From Octopus sinensis (taxonomy: Eukaryota): a DNA stretch of 64,000 nucleotides. A program made the translations under genes and the position numbers. Of the stretch, positions 37,320-50,343 are shown piece after piece. Position 1 is the first letter of the stretch; the number at the start of each line of letters is the position of its first letter. The stretch lies in contig NC_043002.1 in the NCBI RefSeq assembly GCF_006345805.1, positions 112,964,001-113,028,000 of the forward strand, given 5' to 3'. Under the pieces are notes generated by a model. That model did not search any database. It saw only the letters and a program-made list of their open reading frames with translations, and was not told the origin of the DNA.

Positions 37320-38385
37320 GGCATTGCTGAAAACGTAAAGTAAAACAATCGCAAACATCAAAACAGCATTTTGTTCAGTATTTGTGCGCATTCTTGTTCA
37401 ATGGTTGTATTCAATTTGCTAACTGTTACCGGCTTTACACCCTAAACTTTATCGTTTAAGTATCCCAATAACAAAAATCCTAGTGTTGTGAGGTCTGGTA
37501 AACGCAGGAAATATTCTATTGAATCTTTTCGTCCAATCTACCTGTTTGACAAAATCTCATAGCGGCAGACCTTAACATTACTATGACAATGAGGAGGTGT
37601 CTCATCTTGCTGGAAATAAACAACACATCTTCAAAGCCTTCTTGAATGCTTGCCATGAGAGAATACCGCATTAATTTCGAGTAAATGGTTCCAGTCACAC
37701 TACAGTTAAAAGAGGATGATCTAATTGTTTTCATAAGCTGCACCATACTGTGACACCTAGTAAATAATATGATGTTTCTTCGTAATATGCAGGCTCTCAA
37801 GTCCGCAGCAGGTGAAGTTGGGGTCCTTACTTGAGCCATTTAATTTAAATGTAGCCTCATCACTCCGAATAATTTTCTTGGAGAGAATTCACCTTCAACA
37901 CATTTTGCCAAACACCACTTTTCGGTCCAAACCAGCTTCACTGAGAGCATGGACTATTCTTGGGATGCAATTTTTCCAATGACAACGCTTCAAAATGCGA
38001 TGGACGCTTGATTTTTAAATTCTTCTATCACGACTCGTTTGCAGCACCAATTTTCGTAAACACTGGCAATACGTTTCTAGTAAGCCTTCTTGCTTTCTGA
38101 GGCTCGGCGATATCCACGATCTTCCGGAACGTCGTTTGTGGACATTATGAACAATTCCATCTGCTTCAAACTTATCTCTAATTCGAGTGATGGTAAGTCG
38201 CGAATGTGCATCAGTTTGAAACATCCTCCTTCAGTGCCTTTGCACTTCGACTACGTTTTCAATTTTCCAGGGACGCTTTAGGTTAAATTTACTTTGTTCA
38301 AAAGCTTAGTCTGGTTTCTTTCTAACCCATTATTTCAAATGGGTTAAATCTAAAACAAATTAAAATTCAGTGATCACCTGTCAAA
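37320..38385 (-). mobile_element. decayed Tc1/mariner-superfamily transposon
   Basis: TITRIRDKFEADG.V....RSGR N-terminus; RLPDLTTLGFLLLGYLNDKV resembles RSPDLTPLDFFLWGYLKDKV. Confidence 0.75.
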
Positions 38386-38394
38386 GTATGTATA

Positions 38395-39331
38395 CATGGC
38401 TGTGTAGTATGAAGCTTGCTTCCGGTTCCGGTCGTGGAGTTGACTTCTTGACACTGAACGGTGATGACGTGAGCTTTGAGCTCCGTCCTAAAAAGAAAAA
38501 AGAACAAAAACAGGGAAGGTTGTCGAGGTAGGTGATTTTGTTTGTTGTGAGCTGGGCATAATTTATTGCGTGGAATTATTTTTTCAGTAAATTGTGCCCA
38601 GCTCTGTGACAATTTCGCCTAATCTCGGCGGCTGCTGTTTTTGTGGCCTCCGCAGGTGGCTGCGGAGGTAGTAATTGAAAAAATTCTGTCAAAGGTCACA
38701 GCGACTTTTGACAAGGAAGAATTTGCTTTCCTCTTTGCGGGCCCCGACTTGTCGATGCAGAGTTGTCTGCAGGTGGCAAGTCACTTGGCTTGGGGGACCT
38801 GACAAAGAGAATTGTTGTCAGAAACTTTGTATTGTTGTCAGAAACTTTGTATTCGAGGGTTTGTCGGTCGGTGGGCGCCGACATCCCTCTCATCCGTATC
38901 ATTTTGTTTCATTTCATCTCATCTTGTCCATGTCCAGCCCACAAGCTTCTCTTTGTAAGGCCTTTATGGCCAATTTAATGAAATAAAGACGCTTGCTTCC
39001 CAGCCACATGGTTCCAGGTTCAGTCCCACTGCATGACACCTTAGGTAGGTGTCTTCTATTATAGCCTCGGGCCGACCAAAGAACTTGTAAGTGGATTTGG
39101 TGGACGGGAATTGTGTGTGTGTGTGTCTGTCTGTCTGTCTTTCTGTTTGTCTGTGTGTGTTTGTGTTTATCCCCCACCACCGCTTGACAGCCAGTGTTGG
39201 TGTGTTTACGTTCCCGTAACTTAGCGGTACGGCAAAAAAAACGTAGAATAAGTACCAAGCTTAAAAAAATAAATACTGGGGTCGATTCATTCGACTGAAA
39301 AAAAGCGACTGAAACAAGTAAAAGTTAAAAG
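38395..39331 (+). mobile_element. SINE family C interrupted in its tRNA head
   Basis: head 38395-38423 resumes at 38991. Confidence 0.8.
38424..38990 (+). mobile_element. short non-coding retro-insertion with 10-bp TSD
   Basis: GCTTGCTTCC at 38414-38423 and 38991-39000; ends ...GAAATAAAGAC. Confidence 0.7.
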
Positions 39332-39364
39332 ATATATTAGGTATATATTACATATATATTATAT

Positions 39365-40100
39365 AAAGGGTGTTCGGGTTAAATTTGAGAGTTTGCATAA
39401 AAAGAAAAGAAAACACATCTCATCCAAAAATAAAAGTATTTTTTAAAACTAGATTATGGATGGGAGATAACAGTTTGCTCAAAGTAGTCGCCCTTAGCTT
39501 CCCCATCGGCCTCAACTTTCCCATCGGCTTCAGAACTTGGTTCATATGTTCCTCACTGTATTCCTGGGAAGATCTTCGAACATCTCCTTGATCTTGGCCA
39601 CCAGCTTAGCATTAGTGTTGCAGGCAGAGCGGTCGGTGATTTTTCTCAACCCCATACATAGTAACCCATGGGATTACAGTTGCAGGAATTGGGAAGCTAG
39701 AAAATGGGGCTGTTGAAATCGCAGAAATTTTCTAATAACCAGTTCTGATTCTTTCCGGAAGTATGGCAAGAAGCTGAACCCTACTGTTATACGTATGACC
39801 TTCCAGTAGCAACCCTTTCCAACCAGACGTTGGTCACAGCCAGCAGCAGCAGCCGCCGGAACTGAGCTAAGGCCCCGTTCAAAGATGTGAAGACGAATTC
39901 CGGCGTGGGATCGCAGTCAGAACACCTGTTGCGTCCCTTCCTTCTGGCCACGGCTTCGTAGTCTTTGTTGCAGCTGTCCCTGTCACATCTTACAGCCTTC
40001 ACAGTGTTCACAGTGCATTAAGCAGTAGCCAAGACCTTGATACCCGGTGCGAATCATCACGATACAAGAAACGGTTCTTTGTGGTTTTCGTCACTGTTTA
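39365..40100 (-). mobile_element. internally deleted Tc1/mariner-superfamily transposon
   Basis: QQGSASCHTS..NQNWL..NF...PNSCNCNPMGY resembles QQDSAPCH...WPPNSPDCNPLDY; AAGGGTGTTC terminus; right end uncertain. Confidence 0.65.
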
Positions 40101-40910
40101 CAATTTTGTTCCAATTGTTTTCAAATTTGGTATATGGATTAAGTTTTGTATACTAACTATGAAAAGGGAATTCATTTTTCGTATAAATCTATAATTAAAA
40201 AACTTATTATCCTTTCAAATTTGCAAAATTTGGGTATTTTAGCCAATAAGAAGCGAGTATTTTACACATCACCGTGGCGAAGTCTGTTTCTATAGTAACC
40301 AAAGCACAGAAGCACCACTGTTCCATCGCTGATTGCGAAGAACTTTGTTTCCATAGGAACCAAAGATGCTGCGCATGCGCCCAAGGAGTGTAACCACCAC
40401 TTGTTCTATAATTGTTTTCATAACAGATGGGACTCATACTCAATAAATTGAAAGTACCTGGGCATGGTTGTCTCTTATATTTGTGAATCTATGTGAAGGA
40501 GATACGAGAAAGATAATTTATTTTATAAAATCCGAGAGTGTATTGCAAACTTTCGTTCTCGAAATATGTTTGTTTTAAACAATGTTTTGACTGTTATTTC
40601 TAGCAACTTCTGTTCGCTTGTTTGTAGCTTTTAAATATTTAATTTGCTCGCGAATGTTTTAATATCAACTTTGCTTGTGTATATTTTAATGTTTTGACTG
40701 TTATTTCTAGCAACTCCTGTTGGTTTGTTTGTTCATAGCTTTTGAATATTTAATTTGCTCGTGTAGCTAGTTTGATATTTTGACATGCTGATGCACTCCG
40801 CCCTCGCCCTGATGATGGAAGAGGCAGCAAACGCGCTGTTTTCTGGCTGGCTGAAAATTCTGAAAATTATCAAACTTTGAACACCTGTAATATTTTTGCA
40901 AAATTTTTCT

Positions 40911-41345
40911 GCAGGAGTGGCAGTGTGGTAAGTAGCTTGCTTACGAACCACATGGTTCCGGGTTCAGTCCCACTGCGTGGCACCTTGGGCAAGTGTCTTC
41001 TACTATAGCCTCGGGCCGACCAAAGCCTTATGAGTGGATTTGGTAGACGGAAACTGAAAGAAGCCCGTCGTATATATGTATGTATATATATATATATATA
41101 TATATATGCGTGTGTGTGTTTGTGTGTCTGTGTTTGTCCCCGTAGCATTGCTTGACAACCGATGGTGGTGTGTTTATGTCCCCGTTACTTAGCGGTTCGG
41201 CAAAAGAGACCGATAGAATAAGTACTGGGCTTACAAAAAGAATAAGTCCCGAGGTCGATTTGCTCGATTAAAGGCGGTGCTCCAGCATGGCCGCAGTCAA
41301 ATGACTGAAACAAGTAAAAGAGTAAAAGAAAAGAGAGTAAGAGAA
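40911..41345 (+). mobile_element. SINE family C
   Basis: matches the C consensus. Confidence 0.9.
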
Positions 41346-41620
41346 TAAATAAATACCAAATTCGGATTCAGCATCAAAAATTACATCTCTATGATACATA
41401 AAAAAAAAAAAAAACATTTTTAAAGATAATTGTAAAGAGACGAAAACCACAAAGATCTCAAGAAACTCCTTCCCGATATTTAAATGATTTCCAGTCCTCC
41501 ATCAGAGCTAACTTTTTCTTAACTACAGCATTAATCTTTATGGTTTCCAACGCTGTTGACTCTTCCTGTAAAAAAGAGACAAAAATCATATTTAGCCCGA
41601 ACACCCTGCATGCATATTAT

Positions 41621-42023
41621 ACTCTTTTCTCTTTTTACTCTTTTACTTGTTTCAGTCATTTGACTGCGGCCATGCTGGAGCACCGCCTTTAGTCGAGCAA
41701 CTCGACCCCGGGACTTATTCTTTTGTAAGCCCAGTACTTATTTTATCGGTCTCTTTTGCCGAACCGCTAAGTAACGGGGACATAAACACATCAGCATCGG
41801 TTGTCAAGCAATGCTAGGGGGACAAATACAGACACACAAACACACACACACATATATATATATACGATGGGCTTCTTTCAGTTTCCGTCTACCAAATCCA
41901 GTCACAAGGCTTTGGTCGGCCCGAGGCTATAGTAGAAGACACTTGACCAAGATTCCACGCAGTGGGACTGAACCCGGAACCATGTGGTTGGTTAGCAAGC
42001 TACTTACCACACAGCCACTCCTG
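41621..42023 (-). mobile_element. SINE family C, tail-to-tail with 40911-41345
   Basis: reverse complement of the C consensus. Confidence 0.9.
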
Positions 42024-42049
42024 CTATATGTATAAATTATGAATCTGAT

Positions 42050-42545
42050 CGTCATCATCATCAAAATCCCTGATGCAGCCAGTCGTTGGGGTGTGTCACA
42101 CTAGAAAGCTTCCATAGTCAGCCGTCGCCACTGAACTCTGTTCTCTGTCATGCGCAGCAGGTTCGCTGTGTTGTGACCTGCCCAAACATTGGTGTTGTCA
42201 AAACAGGATTTTCTCTGTCTGCCTCTCTTTCGCCCTCCCTCAACTGTGTCCTGAAGAGTGGATTTGGACAGAGAGTTGTGGATGGATAAATGACCGTGCC
42301 AGGCAAGCTTCCGTCTTTTTACCTGCACAAGGAGTGGTTCCTTACAGCGTATTTGTTGACTTGTTACCTGACAAACATGTTCGTTTTGTGTTCAGTGTAC
42401 CGGATGTGTAATAGCCTTCTGAAGCACTTGTGCTAAAATGTCAAGATTCTTTGTTCCAGGTCAGCTGTAGGAGTCCAGGTCTCGCATCCATACAGAAGGA
42501 TCAAAGTCACAAAGGTATTGTACACTCTGACTCTTGTTGAAAAAC
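42050..42545 (-). mobile_element. RTE-clade LINE 3' fragment
   Basis: LLYGCETWT and KRRKLAWHGHL...LQDTVEGGRKRGRQRK motifs; (GAT)n tail. Confidence 0.85.
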
Positions 42546-42965
42546 TAATGAAGTCAAACCAAGTAATGATATATTAAATACTTTTAATACACGTGTTTCA
42601 GATCATTGCGTAATGAATAAAAAGGTATTGATCTTTTACACAACATCGTTCTCAGTTATCATATTTCAAAATATAAATAGTACATTAGAAGTCGCCCTTT
42701 ATATATGATCTAGGGCAGTTTACGACGCCTACCAGATCAGGAAAGGACGTAGCTAGAAAGGGTAGAATATTTATCGAGTGGGAAAGAAGGAAGCAGAGAG
42801 TGAGAGAGGGGAGAGAGAGAGAGAGAGAGAGGGAGAGAGGCACTTGAGCTGACTCTGGCACTTAGTTTTGGCACTGCCAATAAATGCTTACTTACTTCCT
42901 TTTAATTGCTAATGTCACTGGTATAGGTTTCACCAATCCACTTCTTTATAATCTAAATTCCTATT

Positions 42966-43219
42966 GAATGGTTGTATACTGTCAATCTAACACGAACGTG
43001 ACAGTAGCGGGGTACACCACCGCTGTATAGCCCTAGGAAGCATCGACGCCTCCTGATGGCTTTGACACATTTTTTCCCTGTGTCCTTATATACATTTACG
43101 AAGGCAGGGAAAAAATGTGTCAAAGCCATCAGGAGGCGTCGATGCTTCCTGGGGCTATACAGCGGTGGTGTACTCCCCTACTGTCACGTTCGTGTTAGAT
43201 TGACAGTGTGCAACCATTC
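42966..43219. repeat. near-perfect hairpin with 115-bp arms and 24-nt loop
   Basis: 42966-43080 is the reverse complement of 43105-43219 with ~5 mismatches. Confidence 0.95.
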
Positions 43220-44827
43220 TATCGCCCCACCACCGTACATGTCTCTACGAGAGATTTAGAAATTTAGTATTTCTTAAATTCCTATTGCTATAAAGATAAT
43301 GATTTTTTAAGCTTAGCCAAAAGAGATACGACAACGCCCATCATCCTTTCCAGAACTTCCAAAACCGATAGGAGAAAGAGAGAAGTTATCCCATGACCGA
43401 AAGAGAGGTTCGAATTTTGAATATAAAATTACCCTATTAAAGGCACGCAAAGATCAGGTGGTTGTGTTAGATCGGATCACAGCTGAAGTTTACAACTCAA
43501 ATGCAGAAAAAAATTCTTTCAACGGCTACTACTCAGTTTTCTTCCACTAAATTTTACCGGCAAGTATTAAGATGACCAGAAGTTCGAACCCGAAACCACT
43601 TATTTGTGAAGCGAAATTATTGTATAAAGAGATTTGACGCTTTAAAAAAGAAGGTTGTGGAAAATAGGATATAATGAATATGTTGAGAGAAATATAAGGT
43701 CAGTAAACAAATGAAAAAGTCATATTTCACCAAGGAATTATAAGCCAGAACCAATAATAAATTATCTGAAATTCTTTAAATAATAACTCTGAATAATAAA
43801 GATTAAAGTTATACAATGATAGGAAATGACAAAATGCGGGATGGAACAATACTTATGAAATCGGGAACCAAGAAAAAATGGTATTTTCTTTTTGAATGAA
43901 AGGTAAGAAAATATAAATATATAGTTGGGAAATGGACGCAAGCATTCCGAAGTCTGTGTTACCTTATTGCTCCATTGATGCGGGGAGCGGTGTTCCATTT
44001 CGTTTGACAAAGACAAGAGCGAGCAGAAATGTAGTCTCGGCCAATCGAGGAAGCAAGTACAATTCACTTCTGAGTACGGCCGACCTCGTCCGACATATAA
44101 AAGAGGATATGACAACAAAAAAAGAAAAGAAAAAGAATAATCAGAGAAATAGGTAGATAGAAAGAAAACAAGCAAAGAGAATTGTTGTAGAAAGATGTTT
44201 AAACACGGGCGGTGGTGTTTGGGAGCGGAAGAGGAAACTTTCGAGCAATTCTTTGTTTGCTTCGATGAGCTTTAATCAAACGTATGCTTATTGTATTTGC
44301 TGCTTGACTGTGTCACAACACACCATAACTTTTACAAAAGGCTAGTAAAAACAACGAAGAATTTCCGAACAGGTATATTAAACTATTGCACCAATTCGTT
44401 TATGAGAACACATTCCTGCTCTCAACCGTTCTACTACTCTTACTTTTCATCAGCTTTTATTTTCCCTCCCACCCGCCCTCACTCCTTCTCTTTCTTACCC
44501 ACCCACTCGACCGCAGTTTCTCAATGGTTAACAAGCAAGAATCAGTGATAAAGCGGAGATGTTAATCAATGTGACATTGTGATCTGTCAATGTAATAAAC
44601 TGTAACAAAAGCACTAGCAGAAACAGAATCAACAGCAGCAGCAACAATGACAACAACAGACACAGTAGCAGCCGCAACAATAGCAACTACAACAAACGAA
44701 GTTAAAACCATGCCGGTATTTTTAGGCAATTATACAGCCAATTGTTATTGTTGTTTTGTTGGAGAGAAGTCTAAATGGCAGATTCAATTACACTTTACTA
44801 CTGGTCTTTATCTTATTTATTTTACAC

Positions 44828-45232
44828 GCCGAGTTCAAATCCCGCCGAGGTCGACTTTGCCTTTCATCCTTTCGGGGTCGATAAATAAAGTACCAGTTTC
44901 CAACTGGAGTCGATGTAATCGACTTAATCCCTTTGTCTGTCCTTGTTTGTCCACTCTATGTTTAGCCCCTTGTGGGCAGTAAAGAAATATATTTTGAATG
45001 CGGCGAGCTGGCAGAAACGTTAGCACGCCGGGCGAAATGCTTAGCGGTATTTCGTCTGCCGTTACGTTGTAAGTTCAAATTCCGCCGAGGTCGACTTTGC
45101 CTTTCATTCTTTCGGGGTCGATAAATTAAGTACCAGTTACGCACTGGGGTCGATGTAATCCACTTAATACCTATGTTTGTCCTTGTTTGTCCCCTCTGTG
45201 TTTAGCCCCTTATGGGTAATAAAGAAATAGGT
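44828..45232 (+). mobile_element. two tandem SINE family B copies (partial plus full)
   Basis: B consensus twice; flanked by a ~150-bp direct duplication. Confidence 0.9.
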
Positions 45233-45709
45233 ATTTTTAGGCAATTATACAACCAATTGTTATTGTTGTTTTGTTGGAGAGAAGTCTAAATGGCAGATTC
45301 AATTACACTTTACTACTGGTCTTTATTTTATTTATTTTACACACCGAGTTCAAATCCCGCCGAGGTCAATTTTGCTTTTCGCTCATTCTGAGTCGATAAA
45401 TAAAGTACGAGTTGTGTATGGTGGATTGCGTTCTGGCGATACTAACTCCAAACTGTATCGATCCCTTGGCTTTCCATTGGGCAATATCGATAACATACAG
45501 AGGTGAGACCAACGTGCATGGGCAACTGCCCAGGGTAACTCCAAAGAGAAACTTTCTATTACTTCACAGACACGTTTCACCGTCGTTTGAGTAGGGTGTA
45601 ATTAACGAGTGTTTCGTCGTTGTTGTTTAGCACCAGATTAGAACTGATCAAGCATATCTATAGCCTAAAAGCATTCCAAACGTGACCATCCTTTCATAAG
45701 GCAACCATA

Positions 45710-46631
45710 ATATATTTAGGACATCATTATCTAATGTATTTTGTATAACAATGTATTGACGTAATGTACTGAGGAGCACTTTGTGCAATATATTCTCTAT
45801 AGTAATGTATTTAGTCATAATTTACATTACATAATTACACTACACTGAGTAACACAATTTTTGCCCTGGGGTAGCAGATGTTTTTTCCTATTTGCTTACT
45901 CCTAGAGAGTATGGAAAACAGCTAATATTTCCTTCCAATTTTGCTTTTGTTACATTTATTCAAACCCCAAAGCAACCCTCTCAGCGCATGGCTATGATGC
46001 TCCCCCACTATTCCTTGCTCATGATCAGAGATACACATATTGTCAGCCACTAAGGGTGTCAGTGTTCGAGTGGTTACGGTCAGGCGACTGACAAGCAAAT
46101 TTGTAGTATCGAGCAGAATATATGCAATAACAGTATTTCTGCTTCAAAAACTCAGCGGTGAATCTGTCTGAAATGTAATGGAAAATAGGTCAGTTTCAAA
46201 ACATTGATGTCCAGGACACAAAAGTAAAGTTTGTGGGTAATGGTAGTCATTTCTTTTGATTGCTATCTAGCCACTCGAACACGTCCCTTAGTGGCTGACA
46301 ATATGTGTATCTCTGATCATGAGCAAGGAATAGTGGGGGAGCATCATAGCCATGCGCTGAGAGGGTTGCTTTGGGGTTTTAATAAATGTAACAAAAGCAA
46401 AATTTGAAGGAAATATTAGCTGTTTTCCATACTCTCTAGGAGTAAGCAAATAGGAAAAAACATCTGCTACCCCAGGGCAAAAATTGTGTTACTCAGTGTA
46501 GTGTAATTATGTAATGTAAATTATGACTAAATACATTACTATAGAGAATATATTGCATAAAGTGCTCCTCAGTACATTATGTCAATACATTGTTATACAA
46601 AATACATTAGATAATGATGTCCTAAATATAT
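45710..46631. repeat. inverted duplication with 347-bp arms, ~99% identical, 228-bp spacer
   Basis: 45710-46056 is the reverse complement of 46285-46631 with ~4 mismatches. Confidence 0.95.
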
Positions 46632-46832
46632 AGAAGCAAACGGGAAAGAGCATTTTCTGACCAAAGACAAAACAGAAATAAAGATCTTGTTACACAGTGT
46701 TCTCCGGTACATCCTTCTCTTACTAAGACAAACGAGGGAGTCATCTGAAGAAAACTTGACTGCTTTTTCTTTTGCTGACTCGCGAGTGTTTCGTTGTGAA
46801 GCGTCTTTCGGTCACAGTGTAACCCAACAGAA

Positions 46833-47225
46833 GTGGAGGCGCAATGGCCCAGTGGTTAGGGCAGCGGACTCGCGGTCGTAGGATCGCGGTTTCGATTCCC
46901 AGACCGGGCGTTGTGAGTGTTTATTGAGCGAAAACACCTAAAAGCTCCACGAGGCTTCGGCAGGGGATGGTGGTGATCCCTGCTGTACTCTTTCACCACA
47001 ACTTTCTCTCACTCTTACTTCCTGTTTCTGTTGTACCTGTATTTCAAGGGGCCGGCCTTGTCACTCTCTGTGTCACGCTGAATATCCCCGAGAACTACGT
47101 TAAGGGTACACGTGTCTGTGGAGGGCTCAGCCACTTACACGTTAATTTCACGAGCAGGCTGTTCCGTTGATTCGGATCAACCGGAACCCTCGTCGTCGTA
47201 ACCAACGGAGTGCTTCCATCCATCC
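46833..47225 (+). mobile_element. SINE family D
   Basis: full length; TSD AACCCAA(C/A)AGAA; (CCAT)n tail. Confidence 0.92.
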
Positions 47226-47528
47226 AACCCAAAAGAAACTTTACCCACGTCCCACATTTCCTCCCCACTCCCTATTATAAATCTACTAATCGTGTTCCTT
47301 GATCAATGCGATCTGCTCCTTCTTATTTTCAACCATTCTCTTCCTTTTTTAAATCATCGCTTTTTTTTCTTCTTTTCCTCCTCCTCCTCCCCAACTAATT
47401 AATTAAACTGTGCAATAGAATATAATTTCTTTTGAACCGTAGGACTATCGGTGGTTCCATGGATCATAAAAGAAGGTCTATAAGTTATTGTTCCTTTTTG
47501 TACACATATACACATACACACACATATA

Positions 47529-47571
<43 letters not shown>

Positions 47572-47681
47572 GAAACGTATAAAAGAATTATGTGTGTGTG
47601 CGTGGGTGTATGGGATGAGTGTGTAAATGTGCGAGCATACATAGAGTCACATTCATACACACACATGCACATTTGTGTATA

Positions 47682-47712
<31 letters not shown>

Positions 47713-48272
47713 TGTATGTATGTATGTATGTATGTACGTATATATGTATAAATATATTCACATACATCAGAGATAAAGAACTTCTTTCATTACATCATAG
47801 CATGTTGTTGGCCCTTTGTTTAATATTCTCCTTAAACTTTATTCTCTTAGATTGAGCCCACTGTTTGTTCACTGTTAAATACAAACAACTTTCTTCTTCT
47901 TTGGTAGGGAAGTTACTTTATGGCGTAATGTATTGCTTTAATTTCTCTCTACTTAATTAATAAAATTGACTAAAATTTATCGACGAACTGGTAAAATCGT
48001 TTGAGCGTCCGAATAAATGCTTTTGATTTTTTTTTTTTGATTTTTCCAGTTTCAGTGGCCATGCTGGGGCACCGCTTTGCATATTTCTTCCGACATTTTT
48101 TATGTTCTGAGTTCAAACCATTCCAGGGTCATCCTTCTGACGTCAGCGAAATAATGCACGAGTCAAATACTGGTGATCAATGCAATCGACTCCAGTGTTT
48201 TACTGGTATTTTATTTCTGATGTTTGATTGGTACATGCACTTAAATTAGAAACATTATTAGTGAGTGAGAGA

Positions 48273-48475
48273 GCGGCGAGCCAGCAGACTCGTTGGCATT
48301 CCGGACAAAATGTTTAGCGGCATTTCGTCCGTCTTTACGTTCAAATTCTGCCGAGGTCGACTTTGCCTTTAATCCTTTCGGGATTGATAAAATAAGTAAC
48401 AGTTGAGAGGAGGAGTCGATGCAATCAACTAATCTACTCTCCGCCCGAAATTGCTGGCCTTGTGCCAGAATCTGA
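48273..48475 (+). mobile_element. old SINE family B copy
   Basis: head and GCCGAGGTCGACTTTGCCTTT. Confidence 0.75.
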
Positions 48476-48580
48476 GATGAATGTTAGTTAGTGGGACTGT
48501 TTCAGCAAGATGGAGGTTCACGAGAAATAGAAACGTAAAAACAAGGAATTGAATACAGAGATAAATAATATTCTGAATAT

Positions 48581-48996
48581 ACAGGAGTGGCTGTGTGGTA
48601 AGTAGCTTGCTAACTAACCACATGGTTCCGGGTTCAGTCCCACTGCGTGGCATCTTGGGCAAGTGTCTTCTGCTATAGCCCCGGGCCGACCAATGCCTTG
48701 TTAGTGGATTTGGTAGACGGAAACTGAAAGAAGCCTGTCGTATATATGTATATATATATATATATATGTGTGTGTATATGTTTGTATGTCTGTGTTTGTC
48801 CCCCTAGCATTGCTTGACAACCGATGCTGGTGTGTTTACGTCCCCGTCACATAGCAGTTCGGCAAAAGAGACCGATAGAATAAGTACTGGGCTTACAAAG
48901 AATAAGTCCCGGGGTCGATTTGCTCGACTAAAGGCGGTGCTCCAGCACGGCCTCAGTCAAATGACTGAAACAAGTCAAAGAAAGAAAAGAAAGAAA
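48581..48996 (+). mobile_element. SINE family C
   Basis: matches the C consensus. Confidence 0.9.
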
Positions 48997-49018
48997 GAAT
49001 GCATATTTTATATTCTGA

Positions 49019-49087
<69 letters not shown>

Positions 49088-49360
49088 CGTGTGTGTGTGT
49101 TATTAAGCAGGTTTGTGGAAATATCGAGGAAGTCACAGTGTTCGAATATGATTTCGAACTTTATCAGATACATGTGATATATGTAGTTGATAACACTCTA
49201 CACAGCGATAATGCGTCGTGAGGATAATAACGAACTTCATTCGGCCTGGCGAATCCATTCCTGTCAAACAATATTCAGCTTCGTCGCTCTATTTTCGGAG
49301 TGGCCGACATTGCTTCATCTGTTTGCAAAACAAACGAACAAATATATATAAAATAAAATT

Positions 49361-49744
49361 CTTTTACTCTTTTACTTGTTTCAGTCATTTGACTGCGGCC
49401 ATGCTGGAGCACCACTTTTTAGTCGAGCAAATCGACGCCAGGACTTATTCTTTGTAAGCTAATTTACGGGGACGTAAACACACCAGCATCGGATGTCAAG
49501 CGATGTTTGGGGTGGGGGAACAAACCCAGCCATACAATCACACACACACACACACCACACACACACATATATATATATATATACATATATACGACAGGCT
49601 TCTTTCAGTTTCCGTCTACCAAATCCACTCACAAGGCATTGGTCGGCCCGAGGCTATAGCAGAAGACACTTGCCCAAGATGCCACGCAGTGGGACCGAAC
49701 TCGGAACCATGTGGTTGGTAAACAAGCTACTTACCACACAGCCA
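49361..49744 (-). mobile_element. SINE family C
   Basis: reverse complement of the C consensus, small internal deletion. Confidence 0.88.
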
Positions 49745-49987
49745 TTATTATTACCATTATAATGATAATAATAATTTATTCAAATTTTGATGCAAGGCCA
49801 GAGATTTTAGGGGAGGAATGTAATCGATTGCATCGATCCTATTACCTTGGTACTTTATTTTATCGATCCCGAAGGCTGAAAAGTAATATCGACACCTGCA
49901 GCATTTAAACTCCGAAGCTAAGACAGACGCAATATCGCTAAGCATTTTGCCCTGCATGCTAACCATTCAGTCTGTTTGCTGCCCTAA

Positions 49988-50343
49988 TCTTTATATATAA
50001 AAGAGAGGTTGTGTGCTGTCTGTCTCCTACGATTTAGATTCCTAACTACTCCCACATTTTGCGGTGCAGTTTAACCAAAACCGGGTATCTTATAGTCGTG
50101 ATTCACATCGAGCCCTTCTGGGTATTACCATCAATTTTTCCCATTTTTAATGCATTTTTGGCATATATAAGGGAAGTAACTCTCTAAAAATTTATTATTA
50201 AATCTCAGAACGTAAAAAGCTACAGTAACCCCCCCCCCTTTGTGGTTAACCATATTGTGATGGCTATTATACTTTACATCTCTAAAAATGCTTATATAGT
50301 TATTTCCCTTACAAACCCGAGCAACGCCGGGCGATACTGCTAG
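49988..50343 (+). mobile_element. Helitron subtype 1 with internal deletion
   Basis: A|TC...CTAG|T; ~40 bp lost between TTA microhomologies. Confidence 0.9.

Noticed and set aside
40582-40761. ~80-bp repeat pair
   Set aside because: Diverged local tandem duplication of an old repeat tail; no further structure.
42575-42660. minus-strand GAAA-CACGTG-TA with a possible stem II
   Set aside because: No CUGANGA-like core in the required position.
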